A stretch of 64,000 bases of DNA from Bacteroidota bacterium (GTDB taxonomy: Bacteria; Bacteroidota; Bacteroidia; 2-12-FULL-35-15), in NCBI GenBank assembly GCA_947447995.1, contig CANFLQ010000001.1:25372-89371 (forward strand). Reading direction: 5' to 3'. Positions 35,931 through 45,447 of this stretch are shown in pieces. The translations under genes and the position numbers were made by a program. Under the pieces are notes generated by a model, which was not told where the DNA came from, searched no databases, and saw only the letters and a program-made list of their open reading frames with translations. The first letter of the stretch is position 1. Each line of letters begins with the position of its first letter.

Positions 35931-37025
35931 TTACAATTTTACTGTTCTAACCCTTAACAAATGATCGACCAATACTAAGGCCGCCATTGCCTCTACAATT
36001 GGAACAGCACGCGGCAATACACAGGGGTCATGCCTGCCTTTTCCTGTCATTTCAACTGCTTCACCTTTTGAGTTAACGGTATCTTGTTTGGTCATAATGG
36101 TTGCTACAGGTTTAAACGCTACTCTAAAATAAATATCCTCACCGTTACTGATACCTCCTTGAATTCCCCCTGAATGGTTGGTTTTAGTATGCACACTCCC
36201 CTCTCCATCTGGAGTTGGGCTGATGTAAAAAGCGTCGTTGTGCATAGAGCCATTCAACTTTACACCTTCAAATCCACTACCGTACTCAAAACCTTTAACT
36301 GCATTAATACTTAACATTGCTTTACCAATATCGGCATGTAACTTATCAAATACTGGTTCTCCTAATCCAGCGGGTGTTCCTTTTATAACACAGGAAATTG
36401 TGCCACCAATAGTATCGCCAGCTTTACGTACCTGCTCTATCTTCTGTATCATTGTGTCGGCAAGTAATTCATCTGGACAACGTACAATGTTTGATTCTGT
36501 TTTAGAAAGATCCAAATCTTGATACGATTTCAACAACTTAATTTCACCCACTTGCGATGTATATGCCGTAATTACAATTCCCTGATTTTTTAAAATCAAT
36601 TTAGCTATAGCACCAGCAACAACTCTTGCAACTGTTTCACGTGCAGAGGAACGTCCTCCACCACGATGATCTCGCATACCATATTTTGCATCGTACGTAT
36701 AATCCGCATGAGATGGACGGTATACATCTATATTGTGTTCGTAATCTTTTGATTTTTGATTTTCGTTGCGGATAATAAAACCAATTGGTGTTCCCATCGT
36801 TTTACCATTAAAAATACCAGAAAGAAACTCAACAGTATCGGATTCTTTACGCTGTGTTACAATATGTGATTGTCCTGGGCGTCTTCTATCCAATTCCGAT
36901 TGAATAAAATCAAGATCAATATCCAATCCAGCAGGACAACCATCAATAGTTCCACCCAAAGCCACTCCATGCGACTCCCCATAAGTTGTAAGCGTAAACA
37001 CTTTACCGAATGTATTCCCTGCCAT
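35931..37025 (-). CDS. aroC: Chorismate synthase
   Basis: 364 aa. [29 protein letters not shown] and GRHDPCV are signature blocks. Confidence 0.97.
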   Translation of the reverse strand: MAGNTFGKVFTLTTYGESHGVALGGTIDGCPAGLDIDLDFIQSELDRRRPGQSHIVTQRKESDTVEFLSGIFNGKTMGTPIGFIIRNENQKSKDYEHNIDVYRPSHADYTYDAKYGMRDHRGGGRSSARETVARVVAGAIAKLILKNQGIVITAYTSQVGEIKLLKSYQDLDLSKTESNIVRCPDELLADTMIQKIEQVRKAGDTIGGTISCVIKGTPAGLGEPVFDKLHADIGKAMLSINAVKGFEYGSGFEGVKLNGSMHNDAFYISPTPDGEGSVHTKTNHSGGIQGGISNGEDIYFRVAFKPVATIMTKQDTVNSKGEAVEMTGKGRHDPCVLPRAVPIVEAMAALVLVDHLLRVRTVKL

Positions 37026-37269
37026 TTTAATTTTATTTTAATTGAAAGGCAAATTTAGGGAATAAATGTTTGATATTTTAGAAGAAAAAATATGAATCTC
37101 AATAAGATGATTTCTATGTAAATATGAATTATTCCTTAAAGCATTTCAGGTAATCTAAAATTAAAATCTGATGTAAATCATTTGGTATAAAAATATAAAA
37201 TAGTGTACATTTATGGCATTGGACTATTTTTATAGAATATACCCTCTTTTTTTAATTGCAAAATCAATT

Positions 37270-38313
37270 ATGAATCAACTGATAGAATGTGTTCCTAATT
37301 TTAGCGAAGGATGCGATTTGAATATTATCAATCAAATTGCAGATGAAATAAAATCGGTAACGGGAGTTAAATTATTAAATATTGATCTGGGAAAGGCTGC
37401 TAACAGAACCGTTTATACTTTTGTAGGCACACCACCAGCAGTTATTGATGCGGCTTTTTTGGCAATAAAAAAAGCGGGTAAACTTATTGATATGAGCAAA
37501 CAAAAAGGTGAACATCCTAGAATTGGTTCAACCGATGTTTGTCCGCTTATCCCTATTTCCGGTATAACCATGGAAGAAACAGCCGAATATGCCAAAAAAC
37601 TTGGAGAAAAGGTGGGTAAGGAATTACAAATACCCGTTTTTTTATACGAAGCAGCACAAACAAATAAAAACAGAAGCAATTTATCTATTATCCGAATAGG
37701 AGAATACGAGGGAATGTTTGAAAAAATAAAATTGCCCGAATGGAAACCTGATTATGGTCCGGTCGAAAACTCCATCAAATCAGGAGCTACCGTAATTGGA
37801 GCCCGCGATTTTTTAATTGCTTATAATATTAACTTAAACACAAGTTCAGTTGAAGTTGCCAATGCCATTGCAGGCGAAGTGCGTGAATCCGGTCATGTTA
37901 AAAGAGAAGGGAATACAGCATCTGGAAAGATTATCCGGGACGAAAAAGGAAATCCTATAAAAATCCAGGGAACTTTAAAATCACTTAAAGCAATAGGCTG
38001 GTATATAAAAGAATATAATTGTGCTCAAGTTTCCATGAACCTCACCAACATTAACATCACCCCCATTCATATTGCATTTGAGGAAGTTTGCAAAAAAGCT
38101 ATTGAGCATGGTGTAAAAGTTACTGGATCAGAATTAATTGGTTTAATTCCTCTTAAAGCAATGTTAGATGCGGGAAAATATTATGCCGAAAAAGAAAATT
38201 TATCAAAAAATGAATCGAAACAAGTACTTATAAAAAAAGCAATAAAATCAATGAGATTAGACGAACTTTCAGCTTTTGACCCTAAAAAAAGAATCGTTGA
38301 ATATTTGTTATAA
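37270..38313 (+). CDS. ftcD: Glutamate formimidoyltransferase
   Basis: MNQLIECVPNFSEGCDLNII... is the canonical N-terminus, so I prefer the ATG at 37270 over the ORF-track start at 37213. The product is about 347 aa, with no cyclodeaminase domain. Confidence 0.88.
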   Translation: MNQLIECVPNFSEGCDLNIINQIADEIKSVTGVKLLNIDLGKAANRTVYTFVGTPPAVIDAAFLAIKKAGKLIDMSKQKGEHPRIGSTDVCPLIPISGITMEETAEYAKKLGEKVGKELQIPVFLYEAAQTNKNRSNLSIIRIGEYEGMFEKIKLPEWKPDYGPVENSIKSGATVIGARDFLIAYNINLNTSSVEVANAIAGEVRESGHVKREGNTASGKIIRDEKGNPIKIQGTLKSLKAIGWYIKEYNCAQVSMNLTNINITPIHIAFEEVCKKAIEHGVKVTGSELIGLIPLKAMLDAGKYYAEKENLSKNESKQVLIKKAIKSMRLDELSAFDPKKRIVEYLL

Positions 38314-38418
38314 AATAATAATATCAATTGAAGGCAACTAAATCATAATTCGAGCGTAAAAGCTTTATGAATATTATAAAAAGAGAACTAAGTATATGAT
38401 TATTCTTAAAATTAACAG

Positions 38419-40704
38419 ATGATTATGAAGTTTATAAATTCAATAAGTACCTCCATTAAAAAAAATCATACATTCAGAAGAATATTCTACTCTTTTACTT
38501 TCCGATTAGTTTTACTAGATATAAAAAAAAATATCCCCCTACTTTTTTTCTGGGCATTTTTTTTTGCAATGGTAACCGAAAACTTGGCAAACAGCTATGG
38601 CGTTCCATTTCTTTTTCTTGGTCCTGAATATTATAATGAACTAAGTTTTCTTTCTTACTTTATTGTAGGATTTTCTTGTGGTGGTTTTATAATGGCTTAC
38701 CACATTTCTAGTTTCATCAGAAATGCTGATAGATTCCCATTTATTGCCTCTTTACGTTTCCCTTTTATAAAATATTGTTTAAATAACTTTGTTATCCCAA
38801 TGATATTTTTAATTGTTTACTGCGTTAAAATTTATTTTTTCCTAAAGGCGGAAGATTATCTTTCTACTGGCAATATACTGTTAATGATACTCGCCTTTTT
38901 AAGCGGGATTACTTTTTTCCTAATATTAACTTTCTCCTATTTTTATGGTGCAAATACGGATATCCTAAAACTTTTTGGCATTCAATACAAAACTGAAATT
39001 TCATATAAAACAGGACGAAGTAGAATTACAGGAGAAAGAAATCCTAATCTTATAACTGAATCTAGAGACTGGTATGTAGAAACATACTTTACCACTCCAA
39101 CTCAAATAAGGTTAGTACGTTCGGTATTGCACTATAAAAAAGAGATGTTAAAGGAAGTAATTGCAAAAAATAACCATTCGGCTTTTGTGTTTCAAATGAT
39201 TTCAATTTTCAGCTTAATGATTTTAGGTTTTTTAAGTGAAATTAAAATTTTTGAGATTCCTGCAGGTGCAAGTATATTTTTACTATTAACTACATTTATG
39301 ATGGTTTTCAGTTCTATATACCGATGGTTTTCTGGTTGGTCTACATTTATATTTTTATTATTATTTCTACTATTTAATTATCTGTATAAATTTGACCTTT
39401 TGGCCACAGATAAGGCTTATGGTGTTAATTACAATACTGTTAAAGCTGATTACAGTCTTAAACATTTTGCTAAAAATGACCTAAGGAAAGACCTATTTGA
39501 TAAAGACATAAAAAACACTATTGCTATTTTAAATAAATGGAAAATAAAAAATACATCCTTAACTCAACCTCTCAAAAAACCTAAATTGGTTTTTATAAAT
39601 ACAAGTGGAGGCGGATTACGTTCGTCATTATGGACTTTTTATACACTTCAATATACTGATAGTTTATTGAATGGTAAATTACTATCACAAACCCAACTAA
39701 TTACAGGTTCTTCGGGAGGGATGGTAGGTGCCGCTTATTTGCGAGAGTTATACCTAAGAAAAAAACACAGCCAAATAAAAAGTTATTATAGTAGTTCTTA
39801 CTTAACCAATATTTCAAAAGACCTTCTCAATCCAATTGCTTTTAAAATAGCTACCAGCGAGTGGTTTTTTGCATTACAACATATTACCATCGACAATAAT
39901 AAATTTCCAAAAGATAGAGCTTATGCTTTTGAACAAGGCTTAGAAAAAAACATTGGTAATGTATTAGATAAACGTTTATGCGATTATAAAACTCCCGAGG
40001 CTAATTCTGAAATACCTATGATGGTTCTTACCCCTTCTATTGTTAATGATGGAAGAAAATTAATGATTTCACCTCAAGGTATTTCCTATCTTACACAAAA
40101 CGTAAGAACTAGTAACATTATTTATAAAGAATTATATGATAATGTTGAATACGCTAGATTATTTGAAAAACAAAGTGCCTCAAAAACATACTTCACCTCT
40201 GCATTAAGAATGAGTGCTACTTTTCCATATATTTCACCGTCCTTATCTTTACCTAGTGAGCCTGTTATAGAAGTTATAGATGCTGGGTATCGTGATAATT
40301 ATGGCTTGGAAACTTCACTTTCATTTATTTATGCTTTTAATGACTGGATTGCTGAAAACACTAGTGGTATAGTTATTATACAAATACGTGATAAACACAA
40401 AATATCCCCAGTGGATGAGAATCCTCCTCAAACATTTATGGAGGCGCTTAGCCGACCTATGGGCAGTTTTTATGGTAATTTATTTAATGTTCAGGATTTT
40501 AATCAAAATAAACAAGTACAAATGGCGGATAAATGGTGTAAGTCGAAAATAGAGTTTATTGACCTTCAATTACACAACGAAGCTAATGATCATATTTCTT
40601 TAAATTGGCACCTTACTAATAAAGAAAAAAAGAAAGTATTGGCTTCCATTTCATTTGATGAAAACAAAAAAGCAATTGAACGAATTGTTGAATTATTAAA
40701 ATAA
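38419..40704 (+). CDS. Polytopic membrane protein with a C-terminal patatin-like phospholipase domain
   Basis: 761 aa. About 8 hydrophobic helices in the first 330 aa, then oxyanion box NTSGGGLRS, nucleophile elbow GSSGG and catalytic Asp box IDAGYRDNYG. Confidence 0.8.
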   Translation: MIMKFINSISTSIKKNHTFRRIFYSFTFRLVLLDIKKNIPLLFFWAFFFAMVTENLANSYGVPFLFLGPEYYNELSFLSYFIVGFSCGGFIMAYHISSFIRNADRFPFIASLRFPFIKYCLNNFVIPMIFLIVYCVKIYFFLKAEDYLSTGNILLMILAFLSGITFFLILTFSYFYGANTDILKLFGIQYKTEISYKTGRSRITGERNPNLITESRDWYVETYFTTPTQIRLVRSVLHYKKEMLKEVIAKNNHSAFVFQMISIFSLMILGFLSEIKIFEIPAGASIFLLLTTFMMVFSSIYRWFSGWSTFIFLLLFLLFNYLYKFDLLATDKAYGVNYNTVKADYSLKHFAKNDLRKDLFDKDIKNTIAILNKWKIKNTSLTQPLKKPKLVFINTSGGGLRSSLWTFYTLQYTDSLLNGKLLSQTQLITGSSGGMVGAAYLRELYLRKKHSQIKSYYSSSYLTNISKDLLNPIAFKIATSEWFFALQHITIDNNKFPKDRAYAFEQGLEKNIGNVLDKRLCDYKTPEANSEIPMMVLTPSIVNDGRKLMISPQGISYLTQNVRTSNIIYKELYDNVEYARLFEKQSASKTYFTSALRMSATFPYISPSLSLPSEPVIEVIDAGYRDNYGLETSLSFIYAFNDWIAENTSGIVIIQIRDKHKISPVDENPPQTFMEALSRPMGSFYGNLFNVQDFNQNKQVQMADKWCKSKIEFIDLQLHNEANDHISLNWHLTNKEKKKVLASISFDENKKAIERIVELLK

Positions 40705-40714
40705 AACGTTATGA

Positions 40715-40756
40715 ATACAAAAAAACGCTCGGTAAAAATTATCCCCGAGCGTTTTC
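40715..40756. terminator. Bidirectional terminator hairpin (stronger for the minus strand)
   Basis: An 11-bp stem, AAAACGCTCGG (40722-40732) with CCGAGCGTTTT (40745-40755). Read on the minus strand it is followed by a T7 run. Confidence 0.55.
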
Positions 40757-40769
40757 TAAAAATATCACT

Positions 40770-40961
40770 TTAATTTAAAATAATTCCTAAATCTCCAAAA
40801 TTATTTATTTTTTTTATACTCAAAGCCTTTGAGTAATTCAGAATGTTATTGATAACATTGTTTCCTGGTGTGTAAGGAAACTCTTTTGCATTATCAATCC
40901 CTTCATTCATTTTTTGGTAACGTAATTTTGCATTTTTTTTGTTAGTAGATGTTTTATTCAT
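40770..40961 (-). CDS. Small hypothetical protein downstream of the sigma factor
   Basis: 63 aa, hydrophilic and basic at the N-terminus, with no TM segment and no motif I recognise. It lies between the sigma gene and a terminator. Confidence 0.3.
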   Translation of the reverse strand: MNKTSTNKKNAKLRYQKMNEGIDNAKEFPYTPGNNVINNILNYSKALSIKKINNFGDLGIILN

Positions 40962-41080
40962 TCGCTTTTATTTAAGTTAATATTTTATTTCACATCATAA
41001 CGCAGCTTAATTTACTTTATTGTATAACCCACCGTCTTCTTTTTTTTAATTATAGACGATGGGCTTAATCAATTTTCAAA

Positions 41081-41683
41081 TTAATAACTGACAACAATGT
41101 CTTTTTTATCTATCATTTTACGAAGGTTTACTAATGCGTAACGCATACGACCTAATGCTGTATTAATACTTACATTGGTTTGCTCTGAAATTTCTTTAAA
41201 ACTTTTATCCTCATAATGGCGCATTAGCAAAACTTCACGCTGCTCTAAAGGTAAAAAATCTATAAGTTTCCTTACATCTGCACGAATTTGCATTTCTACT
41301 ATTTCCTGTTCAATGCACTTATCACAATCACCAATTAAACTAAATATATCAAAGGGGTTGCCATCCGAATCTGTTCCGCCACTTATGGTAGGTAAACGTT
41401 TTTCACGCCTAAAAAAATCGATAGTTATATTATGAGATATTCTTAAAACCCAAGGTAAAAATTTACCCTCCTCCTTATAGAGACCTTTTTTTAATGTGGT
41501 AATTACTTTAATAAACGTGTCTTGAAAAACATCTTCTGCAACTGCTTTGTTTTTAACAATATGCATAATGTAACTAAAAATTCTACTTTTATGTCGTTGA
41601 ATTAAAGTGTCTAGAGCAGACTCTTCTCCGTTGATATATAAATTAACTAGCTCTTGATCGTTGATAATCTGTTTAACAGGCAT
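41081..41683 (-). CDS. RNA polymerase sigma-70 family factor (ECF-like, regions 2 and 4)
   Basis: 200 aa. Region 2 has DVFQDTFIKV and PWVLRISHNITIDFFRR. Region 4 HTH is EQREVLLMRHYEDKSFKEISEQTNVSINTALGRMRYAL. Confidence 0.9.
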   Translation of the reverse strand: MPVKQIINDQELVNLYINGEESALDTLIQRHKSRIFSYIMHIVKNKAVAEDVFQDTFIKVITTLKKGLYKEEGKFLPWVLRISHNITIDFFRREKRLPTISGGTDSDGNPFDIFSLIGDCDKCIEQEIVEMQIRADVRKLIDFLPLEQREVLLMRHYEDKSFKEISEQTNVSINTALGRMRYALVNLRKMIDKKDIVVSY

Positions 41684-41988
41684 GAATCCTCCTTTTTTAT
41701 TTTGGGTTTATAATAAAAAAGTAACAGTTTATCTATATGAGGTCTCCTTAACTTATTATCTCAAAAAAATTGAGAGCTAGTGAATATTTATTTTTACTTA
41801 AATAGCTTAACGGACAAAAATTAAAAATATTACGTTTACCACAATATTTTTTTGAACGAAACAAATCTAGAAATTAAATCTATACATTCCAAATGCAATT
41901 TTGATTAAATTTGTTTTCCTAAAAAAAAGAGGTTGTTGTATGCTTAATACTAATAATAGGAAAAATTAAAATCGATTATAATTTAAAA

Positions 41989-44919
41989 ATGACAAAGCCT
42001 TTAGAAATAGAAAAATTAAGTCCCAAGGAATACATCCTTATTAAAGGTGCAAGAGTTCATAATTTAAAAAATATAGATGTTGCTATTCCTCGAAATAAAT
42101 TAATTGTCATTACAGGATTATCAGGTTCAGGTAAATCATCATTAGCTTTTAATACGCTATATGCAGAGGGGCAACGTCGATATGTAGAGAGTTTATCATC
42201 CTATGCTCGTCAATTCCTTGGAAGAATAGACAAACCTGATATTGATTATATAAAAGGAATTTCACCTGCAATTGCTATAGAACAAAAAGTAATTTCACAT
42301 AACAGCCGCTCTACAGTTGGTACCTCAACCGAAATTTATGATTATTTGAAATTACTTTTTGCAAGGATTGGCAAAACATATTCCCCTGTTTCTGGCAATT
42401 TGGTAAAGCGGGATACTGTTCAAGATGTTGCCGAATATATTAATTCGTTTCCAAATGAAACAAAGATACTTATACTTGCCCCATTAAAAAAACAAGAAGG
42501 AAAAAGCATCAATGATCAATTAAACTTGCTTATACAACAAGGTTTTATACGCATTCGGTTTAAAGGTGAAATTATTAAAATAGAGGATGCGCTTGAAACA
42601 AAGTTTTCTAATAATGATGAGATTATTATTGTAATTGACCGAATTAGCCTAAAATTAGGTGATGAAGATAATGACAATAGAATTTCAGACTCTGTACAAA
42701 CAGCCTTTTACGAAGGTGGGGGGGAATGTTTGGTGGAAATAATAAATCAGAAGTTAGAAGACGGAAGCCTGAAATTACAAGTAGACAAGAAAAAAGGAAA
42801 AAGGAAACAACCAACGTTAGACAAAAAGGAAAAAGAAACTAGAATTCGTCAATTCTCCAATAAATTTGAACTGGACGAAATAACCTTTGAAGAACCTAGC
42901 GTGCATTTTTTCAGTTTTAATAACCCCATTGGTGCCTGCAAAACCTGCGAAGGATTTGGAAGTGTTATTGGCATTGATGAAGACCTTGTTATTCCAAATA
43001 AAAATTTATCAATATACGAAGATGCAATTGTTTGCTGGAAAGGTGAAAAAATGAGTGAATGGAAAAATGTGTTGGTAACCAATGCTCATAAATTTGATTT
43101 TCCGATTCATCGACCATACTATGATTTATCCGCCAAAGAAAAAAAACTCATCTGGTCGGGCAATAAACATTTTGAAGGATTAACAAGCTTTTTCAAACAC
43201 CTGGAAGAACAAGCATATAAAATCCAATACCGCGTTATGTTATCGCGCTATCGCGGAAAAACGGGTTGTCCGGATTGCAAGGGCACTCGCTTACGACACG
43301 ATGCATCTTATGTTAAAATTGCCGGAGTATCTATTATGGAAGTAGTATTAATGCCTATAACGGATGCGTTAACTTTTTTCAAAAATATTGAATTATCAAA
43401 ATACGATACCGAAGTTGCCAAACGAATTTTAATTGAAATTATTAATCGTTTGGAATTTATGGATGATGTAGGTTTAGGTTATCTAAGCTTAAATCGTTTA
43501 TCAAACACGTTATCTGGTGGGGAATCACAGCGTATAAATTTGGCAAAATCATTGGGTAGCAGTTTAGTAGGCTCCATGTATATTTTAGATGAACCTAGTA
43601 TTGGTTTGCACTCCAGAGATACCGACCGTTTGATAAAAGTACTATTATCGTTAAGAAATATAGGTAACACAGTTATTGTGGTAGAACACGACGAAGAAAT
43701 TATGCGTGCTGCTGATCAAATAATTGATATAGGTCCGCTGGCTGGAACAAACGGGGGGGAATTAATTTTTCAGGGAAATCATACTGATTTGGAAACAGAG
43801 GAAAACAGCCTAACTGCACGTTATTTAACAGGAAAAGAAAAAATACCTATCCCTTCTCAAAGAAGAAAATGGAACAATTTTATTGAACTGAAAGCTGTTC
43901 GTGAAAATAATTTAAAAGGTTTTGATGTAAAGTTCCCTTTAAATGTATTGACAGTTGTTACAGGCGTTAGCGGTTCCGGAAAAACATCATTAGTAAAACG
44001 TGTTTTATATCCCGCATTAAAAAAAATATTTGGGGGCTTTGGAGAACAAACAGGCAGTTTTGAAAAACTTGGTGGTGATTTAAAAGCTATTTCAGCAATT
44101 GAAATGATTGATCAAAACCCAATTGGTAAATCATCCCGCTCCAATCCTGTTACCTACGTAAAAGCTTATGATGAAATTAGAGCGCTATTTGCAGATCAGG
44201 CATTGGCTAAAAACAGAGGATATAAACCATCTAACTTTTCATTTAATGTAGATGGCGGCAGATGCGAAGTATGCGAAGGGGATGGCGAAGTAACTATTGA
44301 AATGCAGTTTATGGCTGATATTCATTTGGTTTGTGAAGCCTGCAACGGCAAACGTTTTAAACAAGATATTTTAGAAATTACCTATACCCCATCTTCAACT
44401 TTAGGTGCGGCTCCTAAAAACATTTCCGACATATTAAATATGACGGTTGATGATGCTATCTCATTTTTTGATTCGCCTCAGCGACCAAGTACATTGGAAA
44501 AAAAAATAGTTCAAAAATTAAAACCATTATTAGATGTAGGTTTAGGATATATCCATTTAGGTCAGCCTTCCAGCACGTTGAGCGGCGGCGAAGCTCAACG
44601 GATAAAACTGGCATCTTTCCTTGGAGCTGGGCAAAACAGCAATACTCCTACTTTATTTATATTTGATGAACCTACAACTGGGTTACATTTTCATGATATT
44701 TCAAAACTACTAGATGCTTTTAATGCGCTTATAAAACAAGGGCATTCTTTAATTATTATTGAGCATAATGCCGATATAATTAAATGTGCGGATTGGGTAA
44801 TTGACCTTGGTCCAGAAGGTGGTATTAATGGTGGAAATATTATTTTTGAAGGTGTGCCAGAAAATCTTATCAAATGTAAAAAATCGTATACTGGTCAATA
44901 TTTAAAGGGGAAATTGTAA
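41989..44919 (+). CDS. uvrA: Excinuclease ABC subunit A
   Basis: 976 aa. GLSGSGKSSLAFNTLYAEGQRRYVESLSSYARQF, two ABC modules (second Walker A GVSGSGKTSL), and zinc modules CKTCEGFG / CPDCKG / CEVCEGDG...CEACNG. Confidence 0.97.
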   Translation: MTKPLEIEKLSPKEYILIKGARVHNLKNIDVAIPRNKLIVITGLSGSGKSSLAFNTLYAEGQRRYVESLSSYARQFLGRIDKPDIDYIKGISPAIAIEQKVISHNSRSTVGTSTEIYDYLKLLFARIGKTYSPVSGNLVKRDTVQDVAEYINSFPNETKILILAPLKKQEGKSINDQLNLLIQQGFIRIRFKGEIIKIEDALETKFSNNDEIIIVIDRISLKLGDEDNDNRISDSVQTAFYEGGGECLVEIINQKLEDGSLKLQVDKKKGKRKQPTLDKKEKETRIRQFSNKFELDEITFEEPSVHFFSFNNPIGACKTCEGFGSVIGIDEDLVIPNKNLSIYEDAIVCWKGEKMSEWKNVLVTNAHKFDFPIHRPYYDLSAKEKKLIWSGNKHFEGLTSFFKHLEEQAYKIQYRVMLSRYRGKTGCPDCKGTRLRHDASYVKIAGVSIMEVVLMPITDALTFFKNIELSKYDTEVAKRILIEIINRLEFMDDVGLGYLSLNRLSNTLSGGESQRINLAKSLGSSLVGSMYILDEPSIGLHSRDTDRLIKVLLSLRNIGNTVIVVEHDEEIMRAADQIIDIGPLAGTNGGELIFQGNHTDLETEENSLTARYLTGKEKIPIPSQRRKWNNFIELKAVRENNLKGFDVKFPLNVLTVVTGVSGSGKTSLVKRVLYPALKKIFGGFGEQTGSFEKLGGDLKAISAIEMIDQNPIGKSSRSNPVTYVKAYDEIRALFADQALAKNRGYKPSNFSFNVDGGRCEVCEGDGEVTIEMQFMADIHLVCEACNGKRFKQDILEITYTPSSTLGAAPKNISDILNMTVDDAISFFDSPQRPSTLEKKIVQKLKPLLDVGLGYIHLGQPSSTLSGGEAQRIKLASFLGAGQNSNTPTLFIFDEPTTGLHFHDISKLLDAFNALIKQGHSLIIIEHNADIIKCADWVIDLGPEGGINGGNIIFEGVPENLIKCKKSYTGQYLKGKL

Positions 44920-44999
44920 TTTAAGTTACCTTTTCCTCTTTGTATTTATTTCAAAAATCAGTTATAATGGTTATTTACAATTTTACAATTAATGATCTT

Positions 45000-45446
45000 T
45001 TACAATGTATCATTAATTGTAATTGACGGGGTATTTATTTCATTACTCCAATGCCCCGCACGATCCTTTAATTTAATTGATAAGGTTGACAACTCCTGTT
45101 TACCATTGCCCAATAAAAACATGGTGTTTATTTTCACTTGTATGGTTCCATTAAATTTAAGTTCGTGCCCCAAAGGTGCTAATGGCTGAACATGATACCA
45201 ATCTGCAGCCGATAGCCTACTATCCTTTACACCTAATGAATATTCGTCTGGCGATTGATCTCCAATATCTCCGTTATTATCTTTATATTTTATTGTTACT
45301 AAAATCGAATCTTTAAACTGAGCAATATTAGTTGGTGTAACATTAACCAATTCAATAACAGGAACAGGGTCAAGTGTTTTTTCCTTTTTTTTACAAGAAT
45401 ATAAAGCAAAAGAGGATAGAATAATTAAAAATAAATATTTCATCAT
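45000..45446 (-). CDS. Small lipoprotein, beta-sandwich-like, unknown function (operon gene 5)
   Basis: 148 aa. The lipoprotein leader ends ALYSC. The start lies 1 nt after the upstream gene's stop. Confidence 0.6.
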   Translation of the reverse strand: MMKYLFLIILSSFALYSCKKKEKTLDPVPVIELVNVTPTNIAQFKDSILVTIKYKDNNGDIGDQSPDEYSLGVKDSRLSAADWYHVQPLAPLGHELKFNGTIQVKINTMFLLGNGKQELSTLSIKLKDRAGHWSNEINTPSITINDTL

Positions 45447-45447
45447 A

